From Carcharhinus amblyrhynchos (lineage: Eukaryota): a DNA stretch of 64,000 bases. This document shows positions 13,490-26,271 of the stretch, in pieces. Every line of letters begins with the position of its first letter. Positions within the stretch are counted from its first letter, which is position 1. The stretch lies in contig OZ336899.1 in NCBI GenBank assembly GCA_965287045.1, positions 12,586,001 to 12,650,000 of the forward strand, in the 5' to 3' direction. Position numbers and translations under genes: made by a program. Under the pieces are notes generated by a model. It ran no database searches and was not told the DNA's origin. It worked only from the letters and a program-made list of their open reading frames with translations.

Positions 13490-13795
13490 GGGAACAGTTG
13501 GGACAGATAGCCATAAACTATTTCCACTAGTTGAGGAGACTAACTTGGGGCAGAGTCTAAAGATTGGAGCCAGAACTTCCAGGAATGAAATTAGGAAAGG
13601 TGTAGACATTTGGAACTCTTTTCTGTGGCAATTGATGTTAGATCAATTGTAAATTTTAAATCTGAAATTAATAGATTTTTGTTATTCAGAAATATTGAGG
13701 AAAATGGGCAAAGCCAGGTAAACAGAATTAAATCACAGATCAGCCATGATTTCATTGAACAGTGAGTGAAACAGGTTTTATGGCTACTTGGCTTA
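13490..13795 (+). mobile_element. Old CR1 LINE 3' fragment
   Basis: tttggaactct..acagatcagccatgatttcattgaac, a CR1 3' UTR motif shared with 42750-42770. Confidence 0.6.
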
Positions 13796-14094
13796 CTGTG
13801 TTATCCTTTCCCCCAGCCCTCACTGCATGCCATTCATGCCAGTGTCTCTAGCTATCCTCTGACGTAATTGCAGTGTCAAGGTCTGGGCTGATGGCTGTGA
13901 GTGTGAGGATGAATGATAATCTTTATCACTTCCACTGCTTCCTCTTCCACCATTGCCTGGCCACATTGCAGTTCCTGGGTATCTGAAAGGAAGGAGAAAA
14001 GCAAGAGGTGCAAGCTTACACCATCTGCAGCTAGTAAATCAGAAGATACCGTAGGATGAAGGGGAAGTGAGAGGGAAGATTAATTATAATGTTA

Positions 14095-14555
14095 GAAACA
14101 TAGAAATAGAAGTAGGCGTAGGCCATTTGCCCTCTGAGCCTGCACCACCATTCATTATATCATGGTGATCATCCAACTCAGTAACCTGCTCCAGCTTTCC
14201 CCTTATATTCTTTGATCCCTTTAGCCCCAAGAGCTCTACCTAACTCCTTTCTGAAAACAAACAGGCCAGAATGTTACAGCCATTCACACCAGCAAGGTTT
14301 TCCCATCTGACTGCAGTGAATGGAGATTTGGCTGAGCACCAAACTCTCCAACTTTGCTGCAGCAGGAGTGTGGCATGAACAGCCGGTAAGAACACATCCA
14401 GCATGTTTTGACCTCAGCTACTTTCTGTGGTACAGGCTTACCACAGGCTTATCACTCTGTGGGTGAAGAAATTTCTCCTTAACTAAATCGTAAATGATTA
14501 ATCCCACATCCTTAGACTGTGACCCCTGGTTTTGGATTCCCTGCCATGAGGAACA
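14095..14555 (-). mobile_element. CR1 LINE 3' fragment containing a ~135-bp MITE (14263-14400)
   Basis: Tail agaaacatagaaatagaagtaggcgtaggccatt; CR1 sequence resumes after the MITE. Confidence 0.7.
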
Positions 14556-14775
14556 TTGGATATCACGGTTTCACCATCAGCTAATTTGTGACTGCTCCAA
14601 TGATGGCATGTACCATCATCTCCATGGGGTTAAGGATATGTAGTCATGCCTGCCTTCTGCTGGTGAGGTGCTTTTTTAAAAAATTCATTCGTGGGATGTG
14701 GATGTCGCTGACTAGGCCAGCATATACTGCACTTGAGGAGGTGGTGGTAAACTGCCTTCTTGAACTGTTGAGTCC

Positions 14776-15112
14776 ATAGTGGCACAGTGGTTAGCACTGC
14801 TGCCTCACAGCTTCAGGGACCCAGGTTCAATTCCAGCCTTGGGTCACTGTCTGTGTGGAATTTGCACATCGCATCGGCATGGAGTTCCTCCCAAAACCCA
14901 AAGATGTGCACGTTAGGTAGACTGACCATGCTAAATTGCATCTTAATGTCCCAAGATGTGTAGGTTAGGGGGATTAGCCATGTGAAATATATGGGGTTAC
15001 AGGAATAGGACGGGAGGGAGGGCCTGGGTAAGATACTCTGTCAGAGAGTTGGTGCAGACTCAATGAGCCAAATAGCCTGTTCTGCACTGTAGAGATTCTA
15101 TGATTCTTTGAT
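14776..15112 (+). mobile_element. HE1-type V-SINE
   Basis: tRNA-like head gtggcacagtggttagcactgctgcctcacag..ggttcaattcc, V-domain tgtctgtgtgga, tail gattctatgattc. Confidence 0.9.
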
Positions 15113-15269
15113 TCCCACTTGCTATCTCCTGTTATTCACCTCCTTGTCCTTAAAGAAAGAAAGGGCTTTGTCACTGATTGTGCTGCAATAGCAGAATCTT
15201 GTGATGATAGACTTGGCCACTGGTTGAAGAGCCTTTTCAAGAAGGCCCAATGCATTTTGTGCCACTCAG

Positions 15270-15860
15270 ATATTTAACAAGCCGGCGCCTTTTGGCCTGG
15301 GTTCAAGGACCCCAGGGCAGAAATCCTGCCTGACAAGAGCTGCCAGCCAGACAGAGCCAGCAGCTGTTCTTTAGTCAGCAGTGCCGCTGGTGAGGTGTTG
15401 GTTTCTGCCAATGTTACACAAACCCAAGGCATCATGTCAAGTAGAGTCTCTGATTGTACTAATGAGTGACAGTGGGAGGGTGTCACAAAGTTTGGGGGTC
15501 GACAGCAGCATTGAGGTGGGTTTTAACAGGCCTACCCTTTCCCAATTGTGGGTCTCTCAATCAAGCACTGAGCACTTTTGGAAGATGGGCCTCGCTTTCC
15601 CTGGGAGACAGCAAACAAACATGTGAGGGTTTGTTCATCATGCTCCCTGCATAATGAGTCCCCTGCTCAACATTGAGTTAATGCCAGAAGGTGTGAGCTG
15701 AGGCCTTATTGTGGGCATTAATTGTTCATCTAAGAGCCTCCTTTATCGGTGTGGCAGGAAGGCCATCCATAAGTTTTCCTGCCGTGAACAGCTTAATTAA
15801 GGTGGAGACAAGAAAGACAGCATCCTCACCTGTTCAATTATTTCCTTGCCATCAAACTGA
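15270..15860. mobile_element. Non-autonomous Harbinger-like element
   Basis: Internal sequence resembles 47860-48260 (caaggacccc..cagtgcc..gaggcctta); ends unclear. Confidence 0.45.
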
Positions 15861-17337
15861 CCTTGGAGAAGGGCACATGATTCCACACAATGTGCATGGG
15901 TGATGTGGCAGTACTGGCTGAACAGTTGGTAGTGTGGGCAATCTGTGAGATGTGGGTGTGAAGCTTACAACAGTGTAAGCACAGACAATGCAGTGAAGCC
16001 ATGAATGTCATGTATGCGTCATGACTGATAGAGATTATTGGTAAGTGAGTGGTAGGGGTGTGATGCATTGAGCTTCGTAGTGCAGTTGGTGGGATATGGC
16101 ACCACTTCACTCATATGAGCATTGAACCTTTTGTGGCACTGTATCCAGCGGCGTGACTCTTAGCATTGAATACCACAGTTACCTGATCCTACTGCCTTCA
16201 CAAAGTTTATCTGGATGTTCTCCTGGCTCCTGTGGGTGGAAGATATATCTTTTCCTGTCCACCTCCTGCACCAAGGCCTCCAGTATAACATTGGGTAATC
16301 TTGAAGCCTGCTCTTTACTACGTTTTGCCATTCTGTGCTTTTCCCACATCAAAACCATTTTTTGAAAGGCCTCCAGTACTGGCTCCAGCCAAAATAACTT
16401 TAAGAGGTTCAGCCTAGTTTTCAGTCATACAAGCTAACTTGAAATTGTGTTAGCCACAATTTTGCTCATCATTTTGCACTCCCTGCTGAGTCATAGGGTT
16501 ATTTAACAGTACATTTAGTGCTGGCTGCACACTACAATGATTGAAATTGGCAGATAGCACAAACTTTGCACACTGCCTGCATCAGAAGCAATTGACATGG
16601 GTTAATGACCATCTTGATCTCTGCACTTCTTTTAAGGGGCAAATGAATTTTGTGGCCAGAGGCTCTGCAGAGAAGTCTGGATGCACAGCCTCTGCGAGAT
16701 TCCTCTTTAGTCTGTACTTTCTATCAGACACCATGTTTTACTGACAGCATGCTGGCGGACAGACTGATAAAAGTCGGAGTCTATCTTCAGACCTTCAGAA
16801 CACCTCTGTGACATATAATACAATAAAAGATAATCTACAAATTTAAGTGAAGGCTATCTTGGAATGAGAAAACAAGTCCAGGTTCTCAGTTGAAAAGTGA
16901 TGCTAACATTGATTTTCTCTTGCCTTTCATAGTTTTGTGTTGAAAGATTTGAACTCAGGATGGAACAGCCACACCTCAGAGCAGTGTAACCATTGAACTG
17001 ATTCCCATGACGAAAAATTGACCTTCACAGCCTGACCAAAGCCAAGGTTAAGCCCAAATATGATCCCTTTATGCTGGCATGTATCTACGTTCCTTGGTGT
17101 TGGGCCCGATTCAGAGGTTATCACAAGAAGATACTGGTGTTGTCATGTTTCTAGATAAGCTCAACATAGAGACGGTTACCTTAGTCTAAAAGTGAGTTGT
17201 TAAAAAATAGATGAATTTTAGAAACCACATTAACGGAAAATCAATTGAAATCTGTCAAGTTAATATGTAGCTGACAGCTTGCCCCAGTAGCTTATTAGTA
17301 AATCCACTGCCTGGTGGTACTGAGCCAAACAAATTGT

Positions 17338-17650
17338 AGACAGCATGGTGGCACAGTGTTTAGCACTGCTGCCTCTCGGTTCCAGGGACCTGGGTTCAAT
17401 CCCTGTCTTGGGTCACTGCCTGTGTGGAGTTTGCATATTCTCCCTGTGTCTGCATGGGTTTCCTCCGGGTGCTCTGGTTTCCTCCCACAGTCCAAGAACG
17501 TGCAAGTTAAGTTGCACCTTAGTGTCAGCAGGACTAACTAGGGTAAACGCAAGGGGTTGTGGGGATAGGGTTTGGGTGGGATTGTGGTCAGTGCAGACTT
17601 GATGGGCCAAATGGCCTCCTCCTGCACCATAGAGATTCTATGATTCCATG
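17338..17650 (+). mobile_element. HE1-type V-SINE, full length
   Basis: A/B boxes (tggcacagtgtttagc; gggttcaatccc), V-domain gggtttcctccgggtgctctggtttcctcccacagtccaa, tail gattctatgattcc. Confidence 0.92.
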
Positions 17651-18044
17651 AAAACCCAGGTCTGATCTTCAGTTTCTGCTTAGTTAGCTATCTCAGTTAA
17701 GCTGGCTCCTGGTGAAGAGGAAAAATTATCTGGGATTCCTACTCCTGATCACTATCCAACAGCACCTCCACATCATGCAGAAATTAAGCAAGGAGAAGAT
17801 TAAACTCAACCTAACAACGATTCTGTACCTCAACCAACTATTCTTCATTACAGCCAAGACAGTCTATCGTGGACTATTTTATTATAGAGGGAATCACAGC
17901 AAAGCTTGATGCTGTATTCACCCTCAGGACGCACCTTTCAGCAGCAATCGCTGGATAAGGTTCAGGAGCTGGAAGGCCATTGTTTCAACAATCCAGAAAT
18001 GCTCGTCAGTTGTGAAAACATCATGTTTTCCTATCTGAGAATAG

Positions 18045-18295
18045 GGGGAAAGGAAGGGGAAAGAGGCACTGGAACGTGGCCAATTTGTGCACAGCAACCT
18101 CACACAATAGGCAATGAGATAAGTGACCAGATAATCTCTTCTTTGTGATGTTGGTTAAGGGATAAATATTAGTCCAAACAGTGGGGAGAATTCCTCTACT
18201 CTTTCTTTAGTAATATTGTGGGACCTTTAACATCTATCTGAGAGGGCAGATGGAGCCTAGTTTCAGTGTTTCATCTGAAAGATATCAATGCAGCT
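18045..18295 (-). mobile_element. SacSINE1/Deu-domain SINE fragment
   Basis: ccaatttgtgcacagcaa..gaccagataatct..gtgatgttggttaagggataaatatt; reverse complement of the core at 61560-61660. Confidence 0.7.
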
Positions 18296-19399
18296 TCTTA
18301 AAACAGCAAACAGAATTTCACATAAATCTTTTATAAAATGTGTTACCAGAAGCATCTAGACCCCTCAATTGTTCTTTCTTTCAATGACCTTGATTGTGTA
18401 ATGAACTGCAACTTAATCCCAGGTTCTCCATATCTTAAGCATTTTCCAAGTTCCATCTGCATAGGTAATTTGTTTCAGCTGCTGCTTAGAAGCATACATT
18501 CAAATACATAGACACACAGGGAGGCATGTTTAACCCTTCAACATGTTTGCCTGATTGCACCCCTTCTGATTCTTTATGGGGTATGTTACCACAGCTGCTT
18601 TCAGAACATCAAGAGGTATTATTCACGGGTGGGCCTGATCAGAAAGTGTCAGTAGAATATTCAGTGATGAGGGATGAGGGCTAAAGGATGAGGATGGGGT
18701 ATTAAACAAGCCTCAACTTCAGTATCCATAATCACATTGTTTACATGATATTGATCAGGAGAATGGATCTTGGCTGTTTTTTTGTCTCCCAACCCAGGGA
18801 CCAATTGGAAAAATCCAATTGACTAAGATCGGTGACATTAACATAGGCCAGAAACTTAGTTTGTCTATGTGACTTAGTCCTATATCGAGTGGTCTGTTTA
18901 TTAATTGAAACATGGAGGGAAGTCCAAAGCTTGCTCTGTTATGCTTTCCTCCAGTGCATTGCACAATGAATATGCAATGAGCCCAACAAGACAGTAAAAT
19001 ATTCAGCCTCCAGACTCTGTATCCTCCTCAGTTGTGGGACAAACTGCAATTCATGGAATCCATGTTGTTTATCTTTGCTTATCTGTCTTCGAATATTTTT
19101 AACCACCCACGTTGACTGAAGGACTGATAGTGCTGGCCAAGCAGTTATCAGTGGATGAGCTTTGATGGGGGCCATCAGTTTATTGAGTTGCTGTCCTTGT
19201 GTAACAAGAACTATGAAGCAGGCAGGTGTTAGACCTTTGTGACATATGAAGAACAAGATATGTGATCGATATAACAGGTATTTAAGGTTCACAAAACCAG
19301 CACAAAGCTGCTAACAGATGAAGTAACAGCGTGGAAAGGTGCCAGAGACATTAACACCAAGCAACCCCAGTCTTATTTAACTCTAACTCCTTCTACAAA

Positions 19400-19700
19400 A
19401 ATAATAGAATCTTACAGCACGGAAGGAGGCCATTCAGCCCATTATGTTTGCTGACTGTTGAAAGAGCAATTCAATTAGTCTCACTTGTCCTTATTTCCCA
19501 TAGCCTGGCATAATTTTTCTTTTTCAAGTAAATATCCAAATCCTTTTCAAAAGCTACTGTTAAATATATTTCCATCATAATTTCAGGCAGCACATTCCAG
19601 ACCATAACAACTTGCTGCATCCATAAAAATTCCCTTCATCTGTCTCCCCCTCCACCCAACCCCGCACACTCACGGGTATCATAATTTGTGTCTCCTGTAA
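19400..19700 (-). mobile_element. CR1 LINE 3' fragment
   Basis: agaatcttacagcacggaaggaggccattcagccc..caggcagcacattccagacc. Confidence 0.7.
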
Positions 19701-20061
19701 TGTTGGAATTTTCAATTATATTTCCTTTACCTTGTCCAATAGTGAGGAAAGACTTTTTCCTTTTTTCCTTAACTGTCTTTTCTTAGAAGGGTTGAAGCAA
19801 ATTGAAGCACTTTAGCCACTGTCCCAGCTCAGCTCAACATAAGTCAGCAATTGAAGCCAGAGGTTATTGCTGCAAGTGGAACAGTTACAAAACCGGGTGA
19901 CAGTCATTAACAAAATGGTGCCTTCTATTAGTGAGAAACTGCTTTGGTACAGGGATTGATGGTCTGCTGGGACCATATTTGACTGATTTGGTAGGGGAAG
20001 GCTGGCATTGAATTTGAGATGTGGTCAACTTGGAAAGATGAAAACAAGAATTAGGAAGTGA

Positions 20062-20700
20062 ATCACAGAACTGTTACAGCACAGAAGAAAGCCATTTGGC
20101 CCATCATTTCTGCACTGGCTCTCCAAACAAGTTTCATGATTCAGTGCCATTCCCCTGTCTTTTCCCCATACCCCTGACATTGTTTCTATTCAAGTGATTA
20201 TCTAATGCCGTCTTGAAAGCCTCAATTAAACCTGCCACCACCACAATTAGAGGCAATGCATTCCAGACCGAGCCATTCGTTTTGTGAACAGGTTTTTTGC
20301 ACATCACATTTGCTTCTTTTGCAAGTCATATTAAATCTGCAGGGCCCACCTCATTCTTGATCGTTTTATGAGGGGAACAGTTTCTCTCTACTCTAACCAG
20401 CCCCCTCATGATTTTGAACATCTCTATCAAATCTCCTCTTAGCCTTGTCTCCAAGGAGAACAATCCCAACCACTCCGATCTATCCTTATAACTGCACTTT
20501 CTCATCCCAGGAACCATTCTTGTAAGCCTCTTTTGCACTCTGTCCAATGAGTTCACATCCTTCATATAGTGTGATGCTCAGGACTATACACAATATTCCA
20601 GGTGAGGTCTAACTAGTATATCGTGTAAGTTAAGCATAATCCTCTTGTTCTTGTACTCCATGTCTCTATTAATAAAGCTTAAAATGCTATATGCTGACAT
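20062..20700 (-). mobile_element. CR1 LINE 3' fragment
   Basis: ORF 20326-20565 (KDVNSLDRVQKRLTRMVPGMR..LGLFSLETRLRGDLIEMFKIMRG) is CR1 RT C-terminus; 3' UTR present. Confidence 0.85.
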
Positions 20701-21029
20701 ATAGTGCTAACATGTCTGGGCCAATGGCTGAGCCAGGAATCACAGCACTGCCAGTAAATTAGGAGTCCAAAGATGAGTGACAGAGGTTTCTAGAGCAGAA
20801 GGAAGCTGGTCCTTCAAAGTCACATTAGATAACCTCCACGAAATTGATCCCCCCATCCCCCCATTCAGTTGTGCCATTGAGATCATCAGCTCTGAAAGCA
20901 TTAGATTTGTGTAACCAAAAGCATATTTAAACTAAATTAAGATCACTAAAGTCAGCATCAGGTGAGGTCCCATAAAACAATGAGCCAGCTTTAGTGAATC
21001 TAAGCCCCAACATTCCCATAAAGCTAACA

Positions 21030-21162
21030 TAAACAGCTAAAGCTTTTTCCGCCCTGCCCGTCACAGGAATTGGAGCAGCCGAGGGGCGGAGCATGGGAAG
21101 GTCCATTGGCCTCAGGCGGGATTTTATGTTTTTCAGACGAGCTAGGTCATAAAATACCACCC
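21030..21162. mobile_element. ~130-bp MITE (same family as 51367 and 61085, opposite orientation)
   Basis: aggtccattggcctcaggcgggatttt is the reverse complement of the aaaatccc..aggtcaa..gacc core; ends aaaataccaccc. Confidence 0.65.
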
Positions 21163-22539
21163 ATTGTCTTACACTGAAAGATCACATGAATCTGTTATAG
21201 TGCATTACGCACAAATCATTGAAATGCATTTCAGATAAAGATAAAATAAGAATTGTAGCAAAGACCTGGGGAGTGATATTTATTTTTGACTTCAATGGAA
21301 AAGAAAATCAGACTGGATATAAAATTGGTTGATGATTCGCTGATGCCTGTTTTGTGCTCCATTGAAGACCTACGTCACCTGTCATCAATGTTCGAAAGGG
21401 GAAGGGGGCACACTGTGTTGTGACAAGCCCATAGTTGTAGGGATGTTGGATTAGGAGTGTCTGAGAATGGCCTACGTCACATAATACCTTTTCGTTTTGT
21501 AATTTGACGCCAATAACTCCCTGGCTGTTACTGAACCTACATCACCATAGCTGATGGCTGATCCTCTCCTAGCTTGTTTGGTGATATATATATTCCTGTG
21601 TGCATGACCAAACCTTTCACCGCCATGATGCTCTGAAACTTTTTTGTCCTCTTTCTCCTGACATGTTGCATTCATTTGAAGGTGCTTAACCTCAAAGTAT
21701 CATCCTTAGACAGAATTCATTTAATCACACCCTCTCTCTCAAATTTGCAACATTTTCACTTCCATTTTAATTTCAATTTTATTTTCATTTAATAAAATAT
21801 GCTTTACTTGTGCAGGAGAGGGGTTTTGAGTCAGAGAATGATTCTCAAATGTGCAGCAGACATTAATAATACAGGTGGTATAATTGACTGCTGGCCTAGT
21901 TGATTATTAATAGAATTTTCAAAGAATAATTGTTGAATGTTTCCTGAAAATTTCACCCAAGGTTAAAGCATTCATTGGATTGCATAGGTCTTTATCACTA
22001 GCTTTGTTTGTTGTCCTCGTGTTAACCTTTTGAGGTGTAGAACCGCATTTCATGAGAGCTTTTTAATTTCTGAGACTGAATAGCCACTTAATGAGACGGT
22101 GTTATTACAATAAGGTACCCTGCAGGAATCAGTTGAAAACAATTTGTTCAAATAGCAGTGTCTCGTGAGTCAGGAGCAGGGAGGAGCACAACTTTTGAGA
22201 ATGAGAAACACCGTTAACACCAAACAAGCCAACCTCACAGTACAACCATCCATTTCTCTGGAAACAAGTTCTTTCTCTGGAGTACTTTCTCAAAATAAGC
22301 TAAACCCATATAATGGAAAAACCCTACATGCAAAGCAACTTGTTCCCTTCATTAAATCAAACCCTATAGACAAACACAATTACAGTCTAAATGCTTCAGA
22401 ACAAGTCAATTTCTAACCTACAGGAAGTTATTATTTAACAAAGAGGATTTAAATGACCCATTTGACCTCTATAGAATTAGGCCTACTGTATGTCAACAGC
22501 ACAAAGTTACATAAACACTACTGAAGTCTTCCAAGAGAG

Positions 22540-22830
22540 CTCAATTGATTAGTGTACTGCCCAGTATGCTATCGAACTATTCCAGCCAGGAAGATCCAGG
22601 GTTTATAAGCTGTGATTAGTTAGCTGATTTCTGTCATGGGTACAGTCGGAAAACTACAGTTGACCTCAGCATCTCTGAACTATTCAGTGGAAAAATTAAC
22701 TAGGATTCCCACTTTGAACACTGTGGATGTTTGGTAAGGACATGATTTGCTCAGCAGTCGATTAACTAACACTATTGATGTGTTAAACCTTCCCAGCACT
22801 ACATGGTTTAGGCCTCCTTGACGGAAGCTG
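22540..22830 (+). mobile_element. Ancient tRNA-derived SINE; related fragments at ~6820, 17650, 38150, 46140-46830, 52000 and 54900
   Basis: Shared blocks ccaggaag..ccagg, agttagctgat, tacagttgacctcag, gggattcc..ctcctgatcactatcca. Confidence 0.5.
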
Positions 22831-22876
22831 AGTTAGATATCATTAGTTTTGAAGAGTCATGCCGACTCAAAATGTT

Positions 22877-24165
22877 GAGCAGAATTCTCCGTTTTTGAGA
22901 CTGAGTGCAGTGGTGGGTAGCTCCAGCTTCAGCTTTCCCACTATCCAGAATGATGGAATCCCACGCCAGATTCTGTGCTTGGAACCTCATTAATTATGCA
23001 CAGGAGAGCTCTCCTCTGAGTCATTTGGCAGCGCAGCAGCTGATTCATCTGTCCACTGTCAGCTGGTGAGTTTGAAGGAACTGGCACCATATTTTAATAC
23101 GAGTTCAGCACTCTGCCCCGCATGCCTGTCTTCAGCAGACTATGCAGAATGTTAGAATCCCAAAGGATAAAGGCTAAAAGCTTCAACAGGAATGTTGTTC
23201 CTCAATTTAGCCACTCTCCCCGTTGAGCTCATCACCTACAAAACGACCATGCCCTACTTGGATTCTACCTACCGCATCTGGAGTCTTCTTGCATCCTCTT
23301 CTGGTTAATGATCTGGTCTCCCTTTGAGTGCCTTGTTCGTAAGCTTTCCATGCAGCCTTGTCAGGGTCAGTCTCCCTCCCCTTGGTCTCTCCTCTGTCTT
23401 CCATTGTTTATCTTCCTCATCCATCCTCTTGCCCTCTGCCTACCATCATGAGCTCACGTCCTTCCCCTACCCTTGCACAGCCCTCTTTTCACACTGCACC
23501 CACTGTCTTTGTCAGGCAACCATCTCCCTCCCTCACTCCCCACCAACCCTCTGTCACCCTCACTCCTCACCTCACACTCCACCCCCAGTTGAAGTTCAGA
23601 CTGTTTTTGCAATGGCCACATGATCCTGCAGTACAGGCCAGATAGATACTGGTATGTGACACTAGAGAGGAGGCGGCCTCTATACTCCCCAATCCTAGGC
23701 ACAATACTGATCTGAGATGGTGACACAGGTAGGTCCATGGATCCAACACTTCAGTGCTGTCCATGAAGACCAGTGCAGCATGGATATGGAGGCAGGAATC
23801 GGTCTGCCCCAGCAGAGTGCTGAACAGCACATGAGGAGTAACACATCATTATGGCAGAAAGGCTTTGTTACACTCACCTCCAAAGTCTTTTGTGAACTGA
23901 GGCATGCCACTCCCTAGCAATTAGGTTTTAATCCAAAGTAATCTCATACTGGCGTGACACAGGATTAGAAAGTCTGATGAAATACTGGCAGACAGCTGTT
24001 TTAATGAGCATTCATAAGATGCAAATGGCATGAATGCCACAGGCAGAGGGAAGACCAACCTTCCATTAATCCATCTGTGCCGATGGGTTTCTGACTTTTT
24101 GGCTTCTGCTAGATTCCCCACTCCCACTTTCCACCAAACCCAGGTGGAATGGGAGAATTCTTTTT
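22877..24165. mobile_element. Harbinger-like deletion derivative inserted in a Penelope-like terminal repeat
   Basis: Inverted termini gagcagaattctcc (22877) and gggagaattct (24151). Flanks rejoin as ..gactcaaaatgtt / ..ccctctccacagatgctgccagac. Confidence 0.6.
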
Positions 24166-25311
24166 CCCTCTCCACAGATGCTGCCAGACTTGATGAATCT
24201 TTTCAGCATTTTCTGTTTTTATTTCAGATTTCCAACAGTATTTTGTTGTTATTTTAGTGTTGAAAGAGTTAGACTTCACCAGGATTGGCTGAGTCAGTCC
24301 TCACTAATAATGGCTGGATTCACTTTCCTTGACATTAATCTTGTTCGGTCTCAGGTTAGGTTAAGATTTGCCAATGCTTGGTGAATTAGACCACACCAGT
24401 ATTGGGTGGGTTAAGCATTCATAACATTAAATGGATTAGGCCTTCCCCGCACTGGAGGAATTTGATCACTGCTTATTGTTTGGGCTGGACCCCACCTGTA
24501 CTGGTTCAGTGAAATTTAAGTACTGATTACCTAGGTTTTCCAACTTTCCCAAAGCACAATTTCTGGACCATTCAAATAATTGTGTGAGAAGAAACTTGTA
24601 TAATTCCACCCTCTCCTTATTTATTTCTGGTACAACAATTGATTCACTTACCATATTAGTAGTATAAGGAGGCAGAAGTGAACAAATTATATCCAATTAC
24701 TATATTGTCATATCCAAAGCTAATGTAATCTATGAAGACTTACAACTGCTTGTCATTTCACACATTATATTAACATAGGTAATGAAAAGGAAGGCTGGTC
24801 TTCATTTTGGTATTCTTAGTCTAGTGAGTCTGACAGGAAAAATAACAACCACTATGCTCTGGAACAGTAAGACCATAATTCTCACTAGGGTTGGATTTTT
24901 ATAGAGATTTCTAGTGTGGGACTTGAGCAGAGGAAAAAAAAGAACATGCTTTATTTATTGTGATGTGTTTGAATTTATGTTGGGTCTTCCAGCATATTAT
25001 TCCCTTGCTTGCTGATACAGAAAGCGCCACTCACAGTCCCCCTTATAAATCACCAAGGGTTTTGCCATTTTGCCCCAAGGGTCAAAACAACAATGATTGT
25101 GGTCTTTCATTGAGTAAATAATGGCATTTATCATGCTTCAGTTTATCTTGTTAATTAAGCAATAACAGCTCAAAGTAATCGCACGGGAAGGGAAAGAATT
25201 ATACATAAAATGTGAAGGAAACTACAGTTCATACTCTGCTGCTTCACAGGCCTAAGTTCTGTATTTTATAATTACTAATATTTTTCTGTCAAACCCTTAA
25301 AAGTTATATCT

Positions 25312-26085
25312 GAAAGGAAAAGACTTGCATTTACGTAGCTCCTCTCACAACCTTAGAACCTTCCAAATTGCTTTACCGCCAATTAAGTATTTTTGAGAAG
25401 TTACTGCAATGTTGCGAGATAGACAGCCATTTAGTACACAGCAAGGTCCAATAAAGAGCAACATGGTAATGATCAAATATTCTGTTTTTGTTCAGTGATC
25501 AGTCCTCAGTTTAATGTCGCTGCCAAAAGATGGCAACTCCAACAACGCAGCACTCCCTCAGTACTGCACTAAGCCATGAGTTTAGATCAGGGCTGTCAAA
25601 CTCAACTTATATTATGGGTCTGATTTGACATCCTGGCTCTTGGTATGGGGCATCCTCCCCAAACTTATTTGGAGACACAGGAATTGAAATTGGTATGCAT
25701 TTCACTCCATTTTTAAATGTAAAATGGATGTATTGTATACTAATTACCAGGCACAGGGTCTTGTGCCAACGTCATGACCACTTCTTACAATTTTAAACCT
25801 TCCTGGCAGGCTGCCTAAAGTCAGCAATGGATTAATTTAAATCTGCAAAGAAAAATACTGTGCCTCTTTTGAAGTTGAAAATTGACAGTGCAGATCCCCT
25901 GGGCTCCAAGAGGTATCCTTTGAATGGTATATAATGGGTTGGATGGAACTGTTTCACAGATTCAACCCATGGGATGTATGTTAGGTACCGCTGGTCTAAA
26001 TTTTGTGCTCTGGTCCTTGGAATAGGACTTGAACTTATCAGATTCTGACACAGAGTCAAAAAATGCTACCATTGAATGACAGCTG
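25312..26085 (-). mobile_element. SacSINE1/Deu-domain SINE split by a hAT element
   Basis: 3' tail gaaaagacttgcattta at 25317; gcagcactccctcagtactgcact at 25548; tRNA head resumes after 25994 (ttttgtgctc..ggacttgaac..tgctaccattga). Confidence 0.75.
25588..25993. mobile_element. Non-autonomous hAT (Charlie-like) element
   Basis: Left TIR CAGGGCTGTCAAAC, right end gttaggtaccgCTG; 8-bp TSD-like flanks gtttagat / gtctaaat (6/8 match, NTCTAGAN-type site). Confidence 0.7.
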
Positions 26086-26271
26086 AGTTCTGGGTCTCAG
26101 GTAAGACGACGTGTAAACAGTGGGTAGATTTAACAACAGAAGATAAAGGTGTTAAATTCATGGGGGAAACAAGTATTTTAAAGTTGTAATGCACCTTGAC
26201 CAGCAGTGGTGGAGAGATTTGTTTTAATTTGAACAAAACAATTGAAAGAAATGGAAGAAGCGCACACCTTG

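Larger units (their letters stand above)
13800..16331 (-). pseudogene. Harbinger Myb/SANT-like DNA-binding gene relic (3 exons), interrupted by later insertions
   Basis: Exon 1 from ATG 16331: MAKRSKEQASRLPNVILEALVQEVDRKRYIFHP..RWIQCHKRFNA. Exon 2 pieces DKEVNNRR (~15150) and LHILNPMEMMVHAIIG (~14630). Exon 3 follows a ttcctttcag acceptor at ~13982. Stops and frameshifts throughout. Confidence 0.65.

Noticed and set aside
17338-17410. tRNA genes at SINE heads
   Set aside because: A/B boxes run straight into SINE bodies; no acceptor stem or terminator.
21816-21875. Possible PRDM16 exon 3 after a tgcag acceptor
   Set aside because: Frame 0 gives ERGFESENDSQMCSRH then a stop before any donor; resemblance to the human exon 3 peptide is negligible.
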